Positions 1 through 10,099 of a stretch of DNA of 64,000 nucleotides are shown here, in pieces. Position 1 is the first letter of the stretch. Each line of letters starts with the position of its first letter. The notes beneath the pieces were generated by a model. That model was not told the origin of the DNA. It worked only from the letters and a program-made list of their open reading frames with translations, and made no database searches. The stretch comes from Clostridia bacterium (GTDB lineage: Bacteria > Bacillota > Clostridia > Oscillospirales > CAG-272), in NCBI GenBank assembly GCA_017472695.1, contig JAFUOQ010000003.1, forward strand, positions 40,804 to 104,803, written 5' to 3'. A program made the translations under genes and the position numbers.

Positions 1-410
1 GAGGCTTTTACGCACTCTTTTATAATTTCGGATGCTAAATCTATGTCACGCATAAGTGCCGAGCCATCTCCTGCCGACACTATTTTTTTGACAGGGCAGC
101 CCATATTTATATCAATTGTTTCGGGCAAAATTTTACTTTTTGTGTGCTCGTATAGACCTCGCGACAAAAGATATGATGCGTTTGCCATACACCTTGGCTC
201 GTGTCCAAAAATTTGAATACCTATTGGAGTGTCATCTTCTCTAATTTCAGCAAGAGTGCCTGTTTTTTTATCATTAAATTCCATAGCCTTGGCGCTAACC
301 ATTTCGCTAACGCAAAAATCAGCACCATATTCTCTCGCTATTTTTCTAAATGCGTAGTCGGTTACTCCTGCCATCGGGGCAAGAATTATTTTATTTTTGA
401 AATCTATCAT
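1..410 (-). CDS. dusB: tRNA-dihydrouridine synthase, 5' part (runs off the window edge)
   Basis: Manual translation MIDFKNKIILAPMAGVTDYAFR...SEMVSAKA...GIQIFG...IDINMGCPVKK; RBS AAGGAG; not in the ORF track. Confidence 0.92.
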   Translation of the reverse strand, partial: MIDFKNKIILAPMAGVTDYAFRKIAREYGADFCVSEMVSAKAMEFNDKKTGTLAEIREDDTPIGIQIFGHEPRCMANASYLLSRGLYEHTKSKILPETIDINMGCPVKKIVSAGDGSALMRDIDLASEIIKECVKA

Positions 411-434
411 TTCTCGCTCCTTTCAGCTTGGGTT

Positions 435-514
435 ACACCTCATCCACCGCTACTAACACTTCTTTTATATTTTTAGTAGTATCTTGCGGTCCCCCTTCCC
501 CACTGGGGAAGGCT
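435..514. repeat. REP-like double-hairpin element with an expanded loop
   Basis: ACACCTCATCCACCGC...GCGGTCCCCCTTCCCCACTGGGGAAGGCT, arms nearly identical to 35924-35973. Confidence 0.8.
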
Positions 515-556
515 GTGCGCCATCGGGGCAAGAATTATTTTATTTTTGAAGTCCAT
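473..556 (-). pseudogene. Duplicated dusB 5' end read into a REP element: 27-aa mini-ORF MDFKNKIILAPMAHSLPQWGRGTARYY
   Basis: 32 bp at 519-550 identical to 370-401; own GGAGG RBS; stop TAA at 473-475. Confidence 0.75.
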
Positions 557-580
557 AATCTTACCTCCTTGGAGAGTGTG

Positions 581-603
581 GAGGGCAGACCCCTCCCCTA
601 CAG
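581..603. repeat. GTAG-type REP-like palindrome
   Basis: GAGGGCAGACCCCTCCCCTACA; related copies at 1239-1263 and 3774-3797. Confidence 0.6.
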
Positions 604-661
604 TGTTTAGATAATATTTTAGGCGCACCACAGATAGAGGCGCAGACGCACTTCTTTACCC

Positions 662-786
662 TTTGGGATTAAAGAAGCAAGTTAGGCTAGGCGCAACTGA
701 GAGCCTCAGACGAAGGCTATCTTGACGATAGTCGAGGTTGAGGATTGAGGGGCAACAACGCATAACGTAGCTTATTTAATTCCAAA
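662..786. mobile_element. Small MITE-like element
   Basis: Terminal inverted repeats TTTGGGATTAAAGAAGC / GCTTATTTAATTCCAAA (15/17) and internal hairpin GGCTATC-TTGAC-GATAGTC. Confidence 0.5.
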
Positions 787-788
787 AT

Positions 789-965
789 TTAGTTCTGTTT
801 TTGTACAGACTTATACTCATCATAATATTTGTAGTAAGGACATTCTCTGTTCTTTGCTACAAGATAGTCTAAATATTCGTCCTCGTCAAGGTCTATTTTG
901 CAGACATAATCCTCTATTTCCTCGTCGTAGTCGAAATGTTCACAGCTTTCACAATTTTTTGGCAT
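789..965 (-). CDS. Small acidic Cys-containing protein, DUF6472-like (58 aa)
   Basis: Manual translation MPKNCESCEHFDYDEEIEDYVCKIDLDEDEYLDYLVAKNRECPYYKYYDEYKSVQKQN; below the ORF-track cutoff; family recalled from motifs CxxC, LDEDE, CPYY, DEY. Confidence 0.8.
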   Translation of the reverse strand: MPKNCESCEHFDYDEEIEDYVCKIDLDEDEYLDYLVAKNRECPYYKYYDEYKSVQKQN

Positions 966-1217
966 AATTTATCAATCCCTCCGTCAACACAGTTGACACC
1001 TCCCTTTGCACAAGGGAGGCAAATCACAGCTTTCACAATTTTTTGGCATAATTTATCAATCCCTCCGTCAACACAGTTGACACCTCCCTTTGCACAAGGG
1101 AGGCAAATCATAGCTTTCACAATTTTTTGGCATAATTTATCAATCCCTCCGTCAACACAGTTGACACCTCCCTTTGCACAAGGGAGGCAAATCATAGCTT
1201 TCACAATTTTTTGGCAT
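941..1217. repeat. 84-bp tandem repeat, about 3.3 copies; each unit is a gene-start copy plus a REP-like double hairpin
   Basis: Units begin at 941, 1025, 1109 and 1193; one C/T variant; each full unit has GTCAAC-ACA-GTTGAC and CCTCCCTT-TGCAC-AAGGGAGG hairpins. Confidence 0.95.
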
Positions 1218-1238
1218 ATTTTTCCTCTATAATAATAC

Positions 1239-1263
1239 GGGAGGAGCAAGCCCCTCCCCTACA
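1239..1263. repeat. GTAG-type REP-like palindrome
   Basis: GGGAGGAGCAAGCCCCTCCCCTACA, core identical to 3774-3797. Confidence 0.65.
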
Positions 1264-1323
1264 TTTTTATTTTTGCGTAGCAAATATTTCATGTTGCACA
1301 AGCAAAATTTCATTTTTACACGA

Positions 1324-2766
1324 TCAGTCGATTGTGTAAACTGTTCCCTCTCTTGTGTCCTTAATCGTAACACCCATATCGCTAAGCTCTCCACGAATTG
1401 CGTCGGCTGTGGCGAAGTCCTTTGCTTTTTTAGCCTCTACTCTTTTTGCGATTAGCTCTTCTATTTTTGCTTTTAGCTCTGGGGCGATGTTATCGTTTGC
1501 GCTTGGTTCGGTGCTCTCTTTTGTTGCTTGTGTGTTTAGCTTCTCGGCTCTATCAATAAGTCCTAATGAAAGAACATAATCAATGCTCTTAATAGCCTCT
1601 AGCTTTGATACATCATTTGTATTTGCTTTTAGTATATCGTAAATGCAAGTAATACCAAGTGCGGTATTTACATCATTACCAACCTTTTCAATAAAGGTGT
1701 TCTTTGCTCTCTCAACAAATGCTTTATCAACCTCGTCGTCCTTTTTAAGAGCAGCAATTCTTTTAATTAGCTTGTTGTAGGTTGCACTAGCCTGGTCAAG
1801 CGCCTCGTATGAGAACACAAGTGGCTTGCGATAGTGAGATTGCAAGCAGAAAAATCTATATGTGATAGGGTCATAGCCCTTGCTCTCAAGCAGGGAAACT
1901 GTCAAGAAGTCACCCTTTGATTTGCTCATTTTTCCTGTTTCATCATTTAGGTGGTGAACATGGAACCAATAGTTGCACCATTTATCGCCTGTATATGCTT
2001 CACTTTGTGCAATTTCGTTTGTATGGTGTGGAAAAATATTATCAACTCCACCACAGTGAATATCAAGCTTTGCACCTAGGTGCTTCATACAAATAGCCGA
2101 GCACTCAATATGCCAGCCTGGATAACCGATGCCCCAAGGGCTATCCCACTTTAATTCTTGGTCGTCGAACTTGGATTTTGTAAACCAAAGAACAAAGTCG
2201 CTCTTGTTTCTCTTTGACTTGTCTTCAGTTACATCATCACGCACGCCAACCATAAGCTCCTCTGTTGAGTGACCACTTAAATCGTTATAGTTTGGCACTT
2301 TAGAGGTGTCAAAATAAACGTTTCCATCAGCTAGGTATGCGTAGTCCTTTTCGATTAAGCCCTCTATCATTTCTATAAAGTTAGAAATGCAGTTTGTAGC
2401 AGGCTCAACAATATCCGGATATTTAATGTTTAATTTTTCGCAATCGTTAAAGAATGCTTTTCTATAAAACTCTGCAATTTCAAGCACGGTCTTGTGCTCT
2501 CTTTTTGCACCCTTTAGCATTTTATCTTCACCAGTGTCACCATCACTCGAAAGGTGGCCAACATCGGTTATATTCATTACTCTTGTAACGTCATAACCAC
2601 TATAGCGAAGAAGCTTTTCCAAAACATCCTCCATAATGTAGGTGCGCAAGTTGCCTATATGTGCAAAATGGTAAACGGTAGGTCCGCAGGTGTACATCTT
2701 TACCTTGCCGTTTTCATTTGGAATAAAATCATCTACTTTTTTTGTAAGTGTGTTGTATATCTTCAT
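1324..2766 (-). CDS. cysS: Cysteine--tRNA ligase
   Basis: CGPTVY, HIGN, PGWHIECS and KMSKS motifs. Confidence 0.98.
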   Translation of the reverse strand: MKIYNTLTKKVDDFIPNENGKVKMYTCGPTVYHFAHIGNLRTYIMEDVLEKLLRYSGYDVTRVMNITDVGHLSSDGDTGEDKMLKGAKREHKTVLEIAEFYRKAFFNDCEKLNIKYPDIVEPATNCISNFIEMIEGLIEKDYAYLADGNVYFDTSKVPNYNDLSGHSTEELMVGVRDDVTEDKSKRNKSDFVLWFTKSKFDDQELKWDSPWGIGYPGWHIECSAICMKHLGAKLDIHCGGVDNIFPHHTNEIAQSEAYTGDKWCNYWFHVHHLNDETGKMSKSKGDFLTVSLLESKGYDPITYRFFCLQSHYRKPLVFSYEALDQASATYNKLIKRIAALKKDDEVDKAFVERAKNTFIEKVGNDVNTALGITCIYDILKANTNDVSKLEAIKSIDYVLSLGLIDRAEKLNTQATKESTEPSANDNIAPELKAKIEELIAKRVEAKKAKDFATADAIRGELSDMGVTIKDTREGTVYTID

Positions 2767-3590
2767 AACTGCCTCCGAGATGTTTTTACAATATCTATAA
2801 TTGAGTAAATTATTAATGGAATACTGATTGCCATAGCTATATAAATACCTATGCCGTTTGGAATATATGACAAATAATTTGATGCGTTAAATAGCATATG
2901 GACAATAATGCACGGCAAGAGCGAACCAGTAAAATAGAATAACCAACCGAGCACAATGCCGAGTGAAAATGCATAAATAAAGCCTATTGGAAACGAGTGA
3001 ATAAGTCCAAAAATCAGAGCAACACCGATTATAGCTGCCCATTTTGGTGCTTTGCCGTTTAGTGTGGTCAGCATAAGCCCCCTAAAAACAAGCTCCTCGC
3101 AAATTGGTGCAATAACGACAGTATATATAATTGCAACAACCAAATTGCCGTTTAAAATGGATGCGGAGTGAGCATTTTGTGTTTCTATCCAATCCCTGGG
3201 TGCCACAAGTGCTATCAAGGCGACTATCGCTTGAAACGCACCGAGCATACCTATGCCCAAAAGTGCACTGTCAATACCTATTCTTGGCTTGATTTTATTT
3301 ACCGTTGCGATTCTAAAAAGGTTTGTTTTTAAAATCAACGCGATTAACGCAAAAATTAGTATAACCACTATATAGCCAATGGCTACTATAAGAGTACCAC
3401 TTGATTCCTTAATTTTTGCAATTTCGTCAGTGGGTAAGTCCTTATTTATTAGTTCTATTAGTATTTGAATAAGATAGCTAATAGCCGAGGGAACAAGGAA
3501 AAATATCAAAAGATAGATTATACATCGAAATGATGCCAAAAGCGATTCACCAACCGAGTATTCTCTCTCCATCATCCTTCTCCTCTCCAT
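2763..3590 (-). CDS. CPBP/CAAX-family intramembrane glutamic endopeptidase
   Basis: Multiple TM segments; EELVFRG, FGLIH and HMLFN motifs. Confidence 0.9.
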   Translation of the reverse strand: MERRRMMEREYSVGESLLASFRCIIYLLIFFLVPSAISYLIQILIELINKDLPTDEIAKIKESSGTLIVAIGYIVVILIFALIALILKTNLFRIATVNKIKPRIGIDSALLGIGMLGAFQAIVALIALVAPRDWIETQNAHSASILNGNLVVAIIYTVVIAPICEELVFRGLMLTTLNGKAPKWAAIIGVALIFGLIHSFPIGFIYAFSLGIVLGWLFYFTGSLLPCIIVHMLFNASNYLSYIPNGIGIYIAMAISIPLIIYSIIDIVKTSRRQL

Positions 3591-3773
3591 AAATTAAGGT
3601 TATTTTAGCACAAAAACACCCTTTTGTAAATATATAATAATAATTTTTTAAAAAAAGTATTGCATTTTTAAAATATTAGTGCTATAATACTTACATCATA
3701 CACGGCGAGAGAGGGCACACAGTCCTCTCTCATTTTTATGAACGGTTGGCTTAAATATAGAGGGATAAAGACA

Positions 3774-3797
3774 GGAGGAGCAAGCCCCTCCCCTACA
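3774..3797. repeat. GTAG-type REP-like palindrome in the rimP leader
   Basis: GGAGGAGCAAGCCCCTCCCCTACA. Confidence 0.6.
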
Positions 3798-3847
3798 TTT
3801 TCTGCTCTCTCTATTCAGCCAAATTTTATTCGAGGAGGTATTTTGAT

Positions 3848-4300
3848 TTGGCGAGTATTGTTGAAAGAGTTACCCCTCTTTGTGAAAGAGTCGCTTCTGA
3901 GCTTGGATATTTTATCTGGGACGTTGACTATGTTAAAGAGGGTACTGAATGGTTTTTGCGCATTGAAATTGACAAGGAGGAAGGCATTGACATTGAGGAT
4001 TGCGAAAAATATTCTCGTGCGATTGACCCGCTTCTTGACGAGGAAAACTACATTGAGGGCACATACCGTCTGGAGGTTTCCTCTCCTGGAATTGAAAGAG
4101 TTATAAAGAACGATTTTCACCTTTCAAAATGTACTGGTGAGGTTGTTGAAATAAAGCTATTTGCCGCTATTGAGGGCTGTAAGCTTGCACGCGGAACACT
4201 CTTCTCCTTTGACGACGAGAATGTTGTTTTAAAGGACGAAACAGAAATTATAATTCCTCGCAAAAACATAGCGAAGATGCATATATATTTTGAATTCTAA
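3848..4300 (+). CDS. rimP: Ribosome maturation factor RimP
   Basis: YRLEVSSPGIER motif; TTG start with GGAGG RBS; operon context. Confidence 0.95.
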   Translation: MASIVERVTPLCERVASELGYFIWDVDYVKEGTEWFLRIEIDKEEGIDIEDCEKYSRAIDPLLDEENYIEGTYRLEVSSPGIERVIKNDFHLSKCTGEVVEIKLFAAIEGCKLARGTLFSFDDENVVLKDETEIIIPRKNIAKMHIYFEF

Positions 4301-4332
4301 TGTTTGAATAATTATTAAAAAGGAGATATAAA

Positions 4333-5397
4333 ATGAACAAGGAGTTTTTTGAAGCACTTGATGTTCTTGAAAGAGAGCGTCATATTCCAAAGGCGTACAT
4401 GATTGAAAAGATCGAGGCGGCTTTAGCTACTGCTTGTAAGAGAGAGCTTGGCTCTTCTAACATCACAGTTGTTATCGACCCTGAAAAGCTCGATATGAAG
4501 GTGTACAGAAAGTATACTATTGTTGCAGAGGTTGAAGACCCAACAACAGAAATTACCAAGGAGCAAATTGAGGAGCTTGAGGCAAAACAAAAGGCTGCCG
4601 GTATTAAGCACAAGGTTCGTTCTCGCCGTCGCTCTATCGGTAGTGATTATGAATACGAGCTTCACACAAAGGAGTTCAGACGCTTGAGCGCTCAAAACGC
4701 AAAGCAAGTAATTATACAAGGTATCCGTGAGGCTGAAAGAAGCTATCAAGCGAAGGAATACGAGGATAAGAAGGGCGAGATGCTCTCCGCTATCGTTACA
4801 AGTGTTGATGACGCTACAGGAAATGTTACTGTTGACACAGGCATTTCACAAGCAGTTCTTCTAAAGAGCGAGCAAATCCCCGGTGAGGTTCTTCGTTATG
4901 ACGATAGAATCAAGGTTTTCGCAACACAAGTAAACACAGAGGCAAAGGGTCCACTTGTTTCTCTAACTCGTGTTCATCCTACTCTTGTTAAAAGACTTTT
5001 TGAGGCAGAGGTACCAGAAATTATTGATGGTACAGTTGCTATAAAGAACATCAGCCGTGAGGCAGGCTCAAGAACAAAGATTGCTGTTTACTCACGCGAC
5101 CCAGAGGTTGACGCAGTTGGCTCATGCATTGGTAACAAGGGCTCAAGAATTGGCTCCGTTGTTGCAGAGCTTAACGGTGAAAAAATTGATGTTATTCCAT
5201 ATAGCGACGATATTTGTGAGTATATTAAGAGTGCACTCTCCCCTGCTTCCGTTAAGAGTGTTGAGCTAGTTGGTGAGCGCCAAGCAAGAGTTATTGTTGC
5301 TCCTGATCAGCTTTCACTTGCTATCGGTAAGATGGGACAAAATGCGCGTTTAGCTGCTAGACTCACAGGCTGTAAGATAGATATAAAAAGCGAGTAA
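4333..5397 (+). CDS. nusA: Transcription factor NusA
   Basis: S1 and KH domains: REAGSRTKIAV, LSLAIGKMGQNARLAARLTG. Confidence 0.97.
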   Translation: MNKEFFEALDVLERERHIPKAYMIEKIEAALATACKRELGSSNITVVIDPEKLDMKVYRKYTIVAEVEDPTTEITKEQIEELEAKQKAAGIKHKVRSRRRSIGSDYEYELHTKEFRRLSAQNAKQVIIQGIREAERSYQAKEYEDKKGEMLSAIVTSVDDATGNVTVDTGISQAVLLKSEQIPGEVLRYDDRIKVFATQVNTEAKGPLVSLTRVHPTLVKRLFEAEVPEIIDGTVAIKNISREAGSRTKIAVYSRDPEVDAVGSCIGNKGSRIGSVVAELNGEKIDVIPYSDDICEYIKSALSPASVKSVELVGERQARVIVAPDQLSLAIGKMGQNARLAARLTGCKIDIKSE

Positions 5398-5400
5398 GTT

Positions 5401-5673
5401 ATGGAAAAAAAGGTTCCTTTAAGAAAATGTCTTGGTTGTATGAGCTCTTTTCCCAAAAAGGATCTTGTTAGGGTATTAAAAACACCCGATGGCGAGGTAA
5501 TAGTAGATTTGACCGGCAAAAAATCAGGCCGTGGTGCATATATTTGCAAGGATAAGGCTTGTTTAAAGAAGGCTATCAAATCAAAAAGAATCCAATCTAA
5601 TTTAGAGATTGAAATTCCTGAAGAAATATACCTCGAATTAGAAAAGGAGCTTGAAAAAGCCGATGAACAATAA
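5401..5673 (+). CDS. ylxR: YlxR/RnpM family RNA-binding protein
   Basis: PLRKCLGC...GRGAYIC; follows nusA. Confidence 0.93.
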   Translation: MEKKVPLRKCLGCMSSFPKKDLVRVLKTPDGEVIVDLTGKKSGRGAYICKDKACLKKAIKSKRIQSNLEIEIPEEIYLELEKELEKADEQ

Positions 5674-5971
5674 ATTTCTATTTATGCTCGGATTATGCCG
5701 TCGCGCAGGGAAGCTGATAACCGGAACGGACTTGGTGACAAAATCTCTCCCAAGTAAAAAAGCATATTTGGTTATCTACTCCGCCGATGCATCGGATAAT
5801 ACTAAAAAAAGAGTTACAGATAAATGTAGCTTTTATGGGGTTGAGTGTGTCAAAGTACCCTACTCCTCTTCGGAAATTTCTGATGCTATTGGTAAAAGCG
5901 GAGCAATATGCACCCTTGGCATTACCGACTTAAATTTCGCTAGTGAATTAAAATCACTTTGCCAGGAATAA
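5663..5971 (+). CDS. ylxQ: L7Ae/L30e family protein (YlxQ-like)
   Basis: LGLCRRAGKLITG, DASDNT; ATG at 5663 chosen. Confidence 0.9.
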   Translation: MNNKFLFMLGLCRRAGKLITGTDLVTKSLPSKKAYLVIYSADASDNTKKRVTDKCSFYGVECVKVPYSSSEISDAIGKSGAICTLGITDLNFASELKSLCQE

Positions 5972-6007
5972 TTCTTGGCACACTCTCAATGAAATGAGGT
6001 AACTTAT

Positions 6008-8818
6008 ATGGCAAGAATAAAGGATTTTGCAAAGGACTTAGGTCTTGATATAAAGGACGCCATTGAGCTTTTTGCTACTTATGGTCTTGGCACAAAGCAA
6101 TCAAGCGGAAACGTTGACGACAATGAAATGGCAATATTCCTAAATAAATATACTCTAGAAAAGCAATTTGGTGGTATTGATGCTTACTTTAATGGTGAAG
6201 CAACAATAAAGAGCCAAAAGAAAAAGGCAGCACCCAAGGCTAAAAAGGAAGAAGCTCAAGAGGTGAAGGTGGAAGAGCCCGTTGTAGCTGAAAAGCCTGT
6301 AAAGAAGGCAGAGTCAAAGCCTGAAAAGGTTGAGCCTAAAAAGGAAGCTGCTCCTGAAAAGCCTACCCCAAAGGCAGAACCAAAGCAAGAGGTTAAGGCT
6401 GAACCAAAGGTTGAGCTAAAGCAAGAGGTTAAGGTTGAGCCAAAGCAAGAGGTTAAGGTTGAGCCAAAGGTTGAGCCAAAGCAAGAGGTTAAGGTTGAGC
6501 AAAGGGCTGAAAAGCCTGTGGAGAAAAAGCCTTTTGAAAAGGAATTCAAGCCACAGGATAACAAATTTAATCGCGATAACAAAAAGCCATTTGAAAAGCC
6601 ACAAGGACAAGGTCAATTTACAAAGGGTGAAAAGACATTTGGCAAGGACGGCTTTACAAAGAGCTACGATAACAAGGGTGGCTTTGACAAGGTCGGATAT
6701 AATAAAAACGACAATGGTGGCTTTAACAAGGGCTTTGACAAGGGCTTCTCAAAGGATGGCTTTGACAAGGACTCAGGCGAAAGACGCTACAATGTAACTC
6801 CAAAGCAGAAAAAGCCTGAATCTAATGTTGTTGAAATTAAGACAAAGACAGGTGCAACTCGTATTGTTGATACAAGAACATCAAATGTTGACCTCTCTAA
6901 ATATGATGAAAAGAATGATTCATACGAGTCAAGCTACGGCCATTACAGCCAAGGCTCATCAAAGCAAAAATTAAAGAAGCAAAACAACAAGGATGTTAAC
7001 TCCAAGAAGGAAAAGGAACGCTTGGCTATGGAAAAAATCAAGCGTGAGGTATTTGAAAAGGCTAAGAATACTCAGCTTTCAATTACTGTTCCTGACGAGA
7101 TTTCCGTTGGCGAGCTTGCAACAAGACTTAAGGTTAATGCAAATGAGGTTGTTAAAAAGCTCTTTATGATGGGCGTTATGGCAACTGTTAATGAGGTTGT
7201 TGACTACGATACCGCTTATCTTATCGCTGACGAGCTTGGTGTTAAGGTTTCTAAAGAGGTTGTTGTTACAATTGAGGAAAAGCTATTCGACGAGGAAGAG
7301 GATGCTCCCGAATCACTTATCGAGCGCGCTCCTGTTGTTTGTGTAATGGGACACGTTGACCACGGTAAGACCTCATTGCTTGATGCAATTAGACACTCAA
7401 ATGTTACCACAGGCGAGGCTGGTGGTATTACACAGCACATTGGTGCTTATAGAGTAAATATCAACGGAAAGGATATTACATTCCTTGATACCCCTGGTCA
7501 CGAGGCGTTTACCGCTATGCGTTTGCGCGGTGCTATGGCTACTGATATTGCAATTATCGTTGTTGCGGCTGATGACGGAATCATGCCTCAGACAGTTGAG
7601 GCTATCAACCACGCAAAGGCTGCAGGTGTTGATATTGTAGTAGCTATTAACAAAATGGATAAGCCAACAGCTAATCCAGATAACATCAGACAAGAGCTCA
7701 CACAATATGACCTAGTTCCAGAGGAATGGGGCGGTGATGTTATGTGTATTCCTGTTTCTGCTCATACAAGAATGGGTATTGACGACCTACTCGAAAGCGT
7801 TCTTCTTATAGCTGAAGTTAAGGAATTAAAGGCTAACCCAGACCGTCTAGCTAAAGGTCTTGTTATTGAGGCGAAGCTTGACAAGGGACGTGGCCCTGTT
7901 GCTACTCTTCTCGTTCAAAATGGTACTCTTAAGTCAGGTGACGTTGTAATCGCCGGTAACGCAGTAGGACACGTAAGAGCTATGACTGACCACAATGGTA
8001 AGGCTCTAAAGGTTGCAGGACCTTCTGTTCCTGTTGAAATTACAGGTCTTTCCGAGGTTCCTTTGGCTGGTGACGAATTTAACGCAGTTAAGGACGAAAG
8101 AATGGCGAGAGAATTGGCTGAGCAAAGACGTGCAAAGGCTAAGGAGGCTGAATTTAAGGCTAACGCAAAGGTTAACCTTGAAGACCTATTTGCTCAAATT
8201 AGCGATGGTGCAAAGGAAATTAACATCATTATCAAGGCGGACGTTGGAGGCTCTTGCGAGGCTGTTAAGGCTTCACTTATTAAGCTTTCAAATGCAGAGG
8301 TTAAGATTAATGTTATTCATACCGCTGTTGGTGGTATCACAGAAAACGATGTTATGCTAGCTGCTGCATCTAATGCTATTATCGTTGGCTTTAACGTTCG
8401 TCCTGACAAGAAGGCTATTGACTCGGCTGAAAGACAAAAGGTTGATATTAGAACTCACAGAATCATTTACGAAATCATTGAGGAAATTGAAGCCGCTATG
8501 AAGGGTATGCTCGCGCCTACCTATAAAGAGGTTATCAACGGTCATGCTGAGGTTCGTCAAACAATCAGAGTTCCAAATGTTGGTACAATTGCCGGTTGTT
8601 ATATCCAAGATGGAAAGATTACTCGTACCTCACAAATTAGAATTATCCGTGATGGCGTTGTTATCTTTGAAGATAAGATTGCTTCACTTAAGAGATTTAA
8701 GGACGACGCAAAAGAGGTTGCTGCCGGATATGAATGTGGTGTTGGACTTGATAAGTTTAACGACATTAAAGAGGGCGACGTATTAGAGGCTTTCGTTATG
8801 GAAGAGGTTCAAAGATAA
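6008..8818 (+). CDS. infB: Translation initiation factor IF-2
   Basis: [20 protein letters not shown]; low-complexity N-terminal linker. Confidence 0.99.
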   Translation: MARIKDFAKDLGLDIKDAIELFATYGLGTKQSSGNVDDNEMAIFLNKYTLEKQFGGIDAYFNGEATIKSQKKKAAPKAKKEEAQEVKVEEPVVAEKPVKKAESKPEKVEPKKEAAPEKPTPKAEPKQEVKAEPKVELKQEVKVEPKQEVKVEPKVEPKQEVKVEQRAEKPVEKKPFEKEFKPQDNKFNRDNKKPFEKPQGQGQFTKGEKTFGKDGFTKSYDNKGGFDKVGYNKNDNGGFNKGFDKGFSKDGFDKDSGERRYNVTPKQKKPESNVVEIKTKTGATRIVDTRTSNVDLSKYDEKNDSYESSYGHYSQGSSKQKLKKQNNKDVNSKKEKERLAMEKIKREVFEKAKNTQLSITVPDEISVGELATRLKVNANEVVKKLFMMGVMATVNEVVDYDTAYLIADELGVKVSKEVVVTIEEKLFDEEEDAPESLIERAPVVCVMGHVDHGKTSLLDAIRHSNVTTGEAGGITQHIGAYRVNINGKDITFLDTPGHEAFTAMRLRGAMATDIAIIVVAADDGIMPQTVEAINHAKAAGVDIVVAINKMDKPTANPDNIRQELTQYDLVPEEWGGDVMCIPVSAHTRMGIDDLLESVLLIAEVKELKANPDRLAKGLVIEAKLDKGRGPVATLLVQNGTLKSGDVVIAGNAVGHVRAMTDHNGKALKVAGPSVPVEITGLSEVPLAGDEFNAVKDERMARELAEQRRAKAKEAEFKANAKVNLEDLFAQISDGAKEINIIIKADVGGSCEAVKASLIKLSNAEVKINVIHTAVGGITENDVMLAAASNAIIVGFNVRPDKKAIDSAERQKVDIRTHRIIYEIIEEIEAAMKGMLAPTYKEVINGHAEVRQTIRVPNVGTIAGCYIQDGKITRTSQIRIIRDGVVIFEDKIASLKRFKDDAKEVAAGYECGVGLDKFNDIKEGDVLEAFVMEEVQR
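6376..6500 (+). repeat. In-frame 24/12-bp repeats encoding (EPKQEVKV)n in the IF-2 linker
   Basis: Repeated CCAAAGCAAGAGGTTAAGGTTGAG. Confidence 0.85.
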
Positions 8819-8897
8819 GCACTAGCAGCCATAGAACGAAAAGCACAATTGCACTCTTTCCTATGTGTTGCTAATTCTAAAGTTATTCATTTAATGT

Positions 8898-8930
8898 AGA
8901 AAACAGGCATTTTGCCTGTTTTCTTTTTAT
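8898..8930 (+). terminator. Intrinsic terminator after infB
   Basis: AGAAAACAGGCA-TTT-TGCCTGTTTTCT followed by a T run. Confidence 0.75.
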
Positions 8931-8944
8931 GTGCTTTTGTAATT

Positions 8945-9146
8945 GCGACTGGTATCTCTGCTGTACACAAGTACAGCGACGAGCCTGCCACTCGCACTTT
9001 CTATAGCTACTCCTGCCCATCAAGATGAAGCATGCTTAGGGGAAAAACTGAAATAAAAATAAAGAAAGGAGGAGGCTTCAGGACGGAGGGAAAATGAACG
9101 AGTGCGTAGTCGTCGGCGTACTAGTGTACGCCAGAGTAGCAATCGT
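8945..9146. repeat. Imperfect ~57-bp inverted repeat pair, each arm with an internal GTAC hairpin (MITE/REPIN-like or structured RNA)
   Basis: 8945-9001 aligns with the reverse complement of 9090-9146. Confidence 0.6.
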
Positions 9147-9277
9147 TTATAGAAATCACAAAAAAAGAAAAACGCACATCTGTGCGTTTTTTCCTTATTC
9201 TTATTGCTATTACGCTGTCTTGCCTTATTAATTAAAGCTTTGTGATTTCGGTTTCACCCGTATCTGACAGTCTCCTA

Positions 9278-9886
9278 TTATAACGCTTTAACTATTGCGT
9301 TATAAAGGTCGTCATACTCCTCGTATGCTTCGAGGCTTGGGTTATCCCTCTTTATTTGCTCGGTGCTTTTAAAGAGGAAGCCCTTTTTACTTGCGTTAAT
9401 CATACCGAGATCATTGTAGCTATCGCCTGCGGCAATTGTTTCAAAGCCAACAGATTGAAGTGCTTTTACTGTTGAATATTTGGACTTTTCCACTCTCATT
9501 TTAAAGCCGACAATTTCACCATTATCTGCTACCTCAAGGGTATTACAGAAAATTGTTGGCCAGCCGAGCTTTTCCATAAGTGGCTTTGCAAATTGGGTAA
9601 ATGTATCGCTAATTATAATTACTTGAGTTTTCGCGCGTAGCTTGTCAAGGAACTCCTTTGCGCCCTTAAGTGGCTCTATTTTTGCAATAGTTTCTTGAAT
9701 TTCCTTAAGCCCAAGGCCATGCTCCTTGAGAATTGCTATACGGTAAGCCATTAATTTATCATAATCAGGCTCGTCTCTTGTTGTGCGCTTAAGCTCTGGT
9801 ATTCCACTTGCCTCTGCAAATGCAATCCAAATTTCAGGCACTAAAACTCCCTCTAAATCAAGACATACTATGTTCATTTCGCTCAT
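9278..9886 (-). CDS. thrH: Phosphoserine phosphatase / homoserine phosphotransferase
   Basis: CLDLEGVLVPEIW, TTRDEPDYD, AGDSYND. Confidence 0.95.
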   Translation of the reverse strand: MSEMNIVCLDLEGVLVPEIWIAFAEASGIPELKRTTRDEPDYDKLMAYRIAILKEHGLGLKEIQETIAKIEPLKGAKEFLDKLRAKTQVIIISDTFTQFAKPLMEKLGWPTIFCNTLEVADNGEIVGFKMRVEKSKYSTVKALQSVGFETIAAGDSYNDLGMINASKKGFLFKSTEQIKRDNPSLEAYEEYDDLYNAIVKAL

Positions 9887-10099
9887 TTTTGTGTTCTCCT
9901 AAAATAAAATATAAATCATTATATCACACCTTTTTTCTCGTGTCAACTTTATTATTTTAAAAGGCTAAAGTTTTTTGTATAAATTAATTATAAAAATTTT
10001 TCCTATTTCGATTTCTCTATTGCTTTTTTATTTTTTGTTTGTTATAATAGATGTAATGTATTTTAAGTTTAATATTTCATATTAAAGGAGGGAAAATTC

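Noticed and set aside
941-1217. CRISPR array
   Set aside because: Units are near-identical along their whole length, with no unique spacers and no cas genes in the window
914-1249. ORF-track proteins 914..1249(-) and 936..1232(+)
   Set aside because: Open only because the 84-bp unit is a multiple of 3; the real gene is 789..965(-) in another frame
6376-6760. IF-2 low-complexity repeats as a novel feature
   Set aside because: Variable repetitive N-terminal linkers are normal in IF-2
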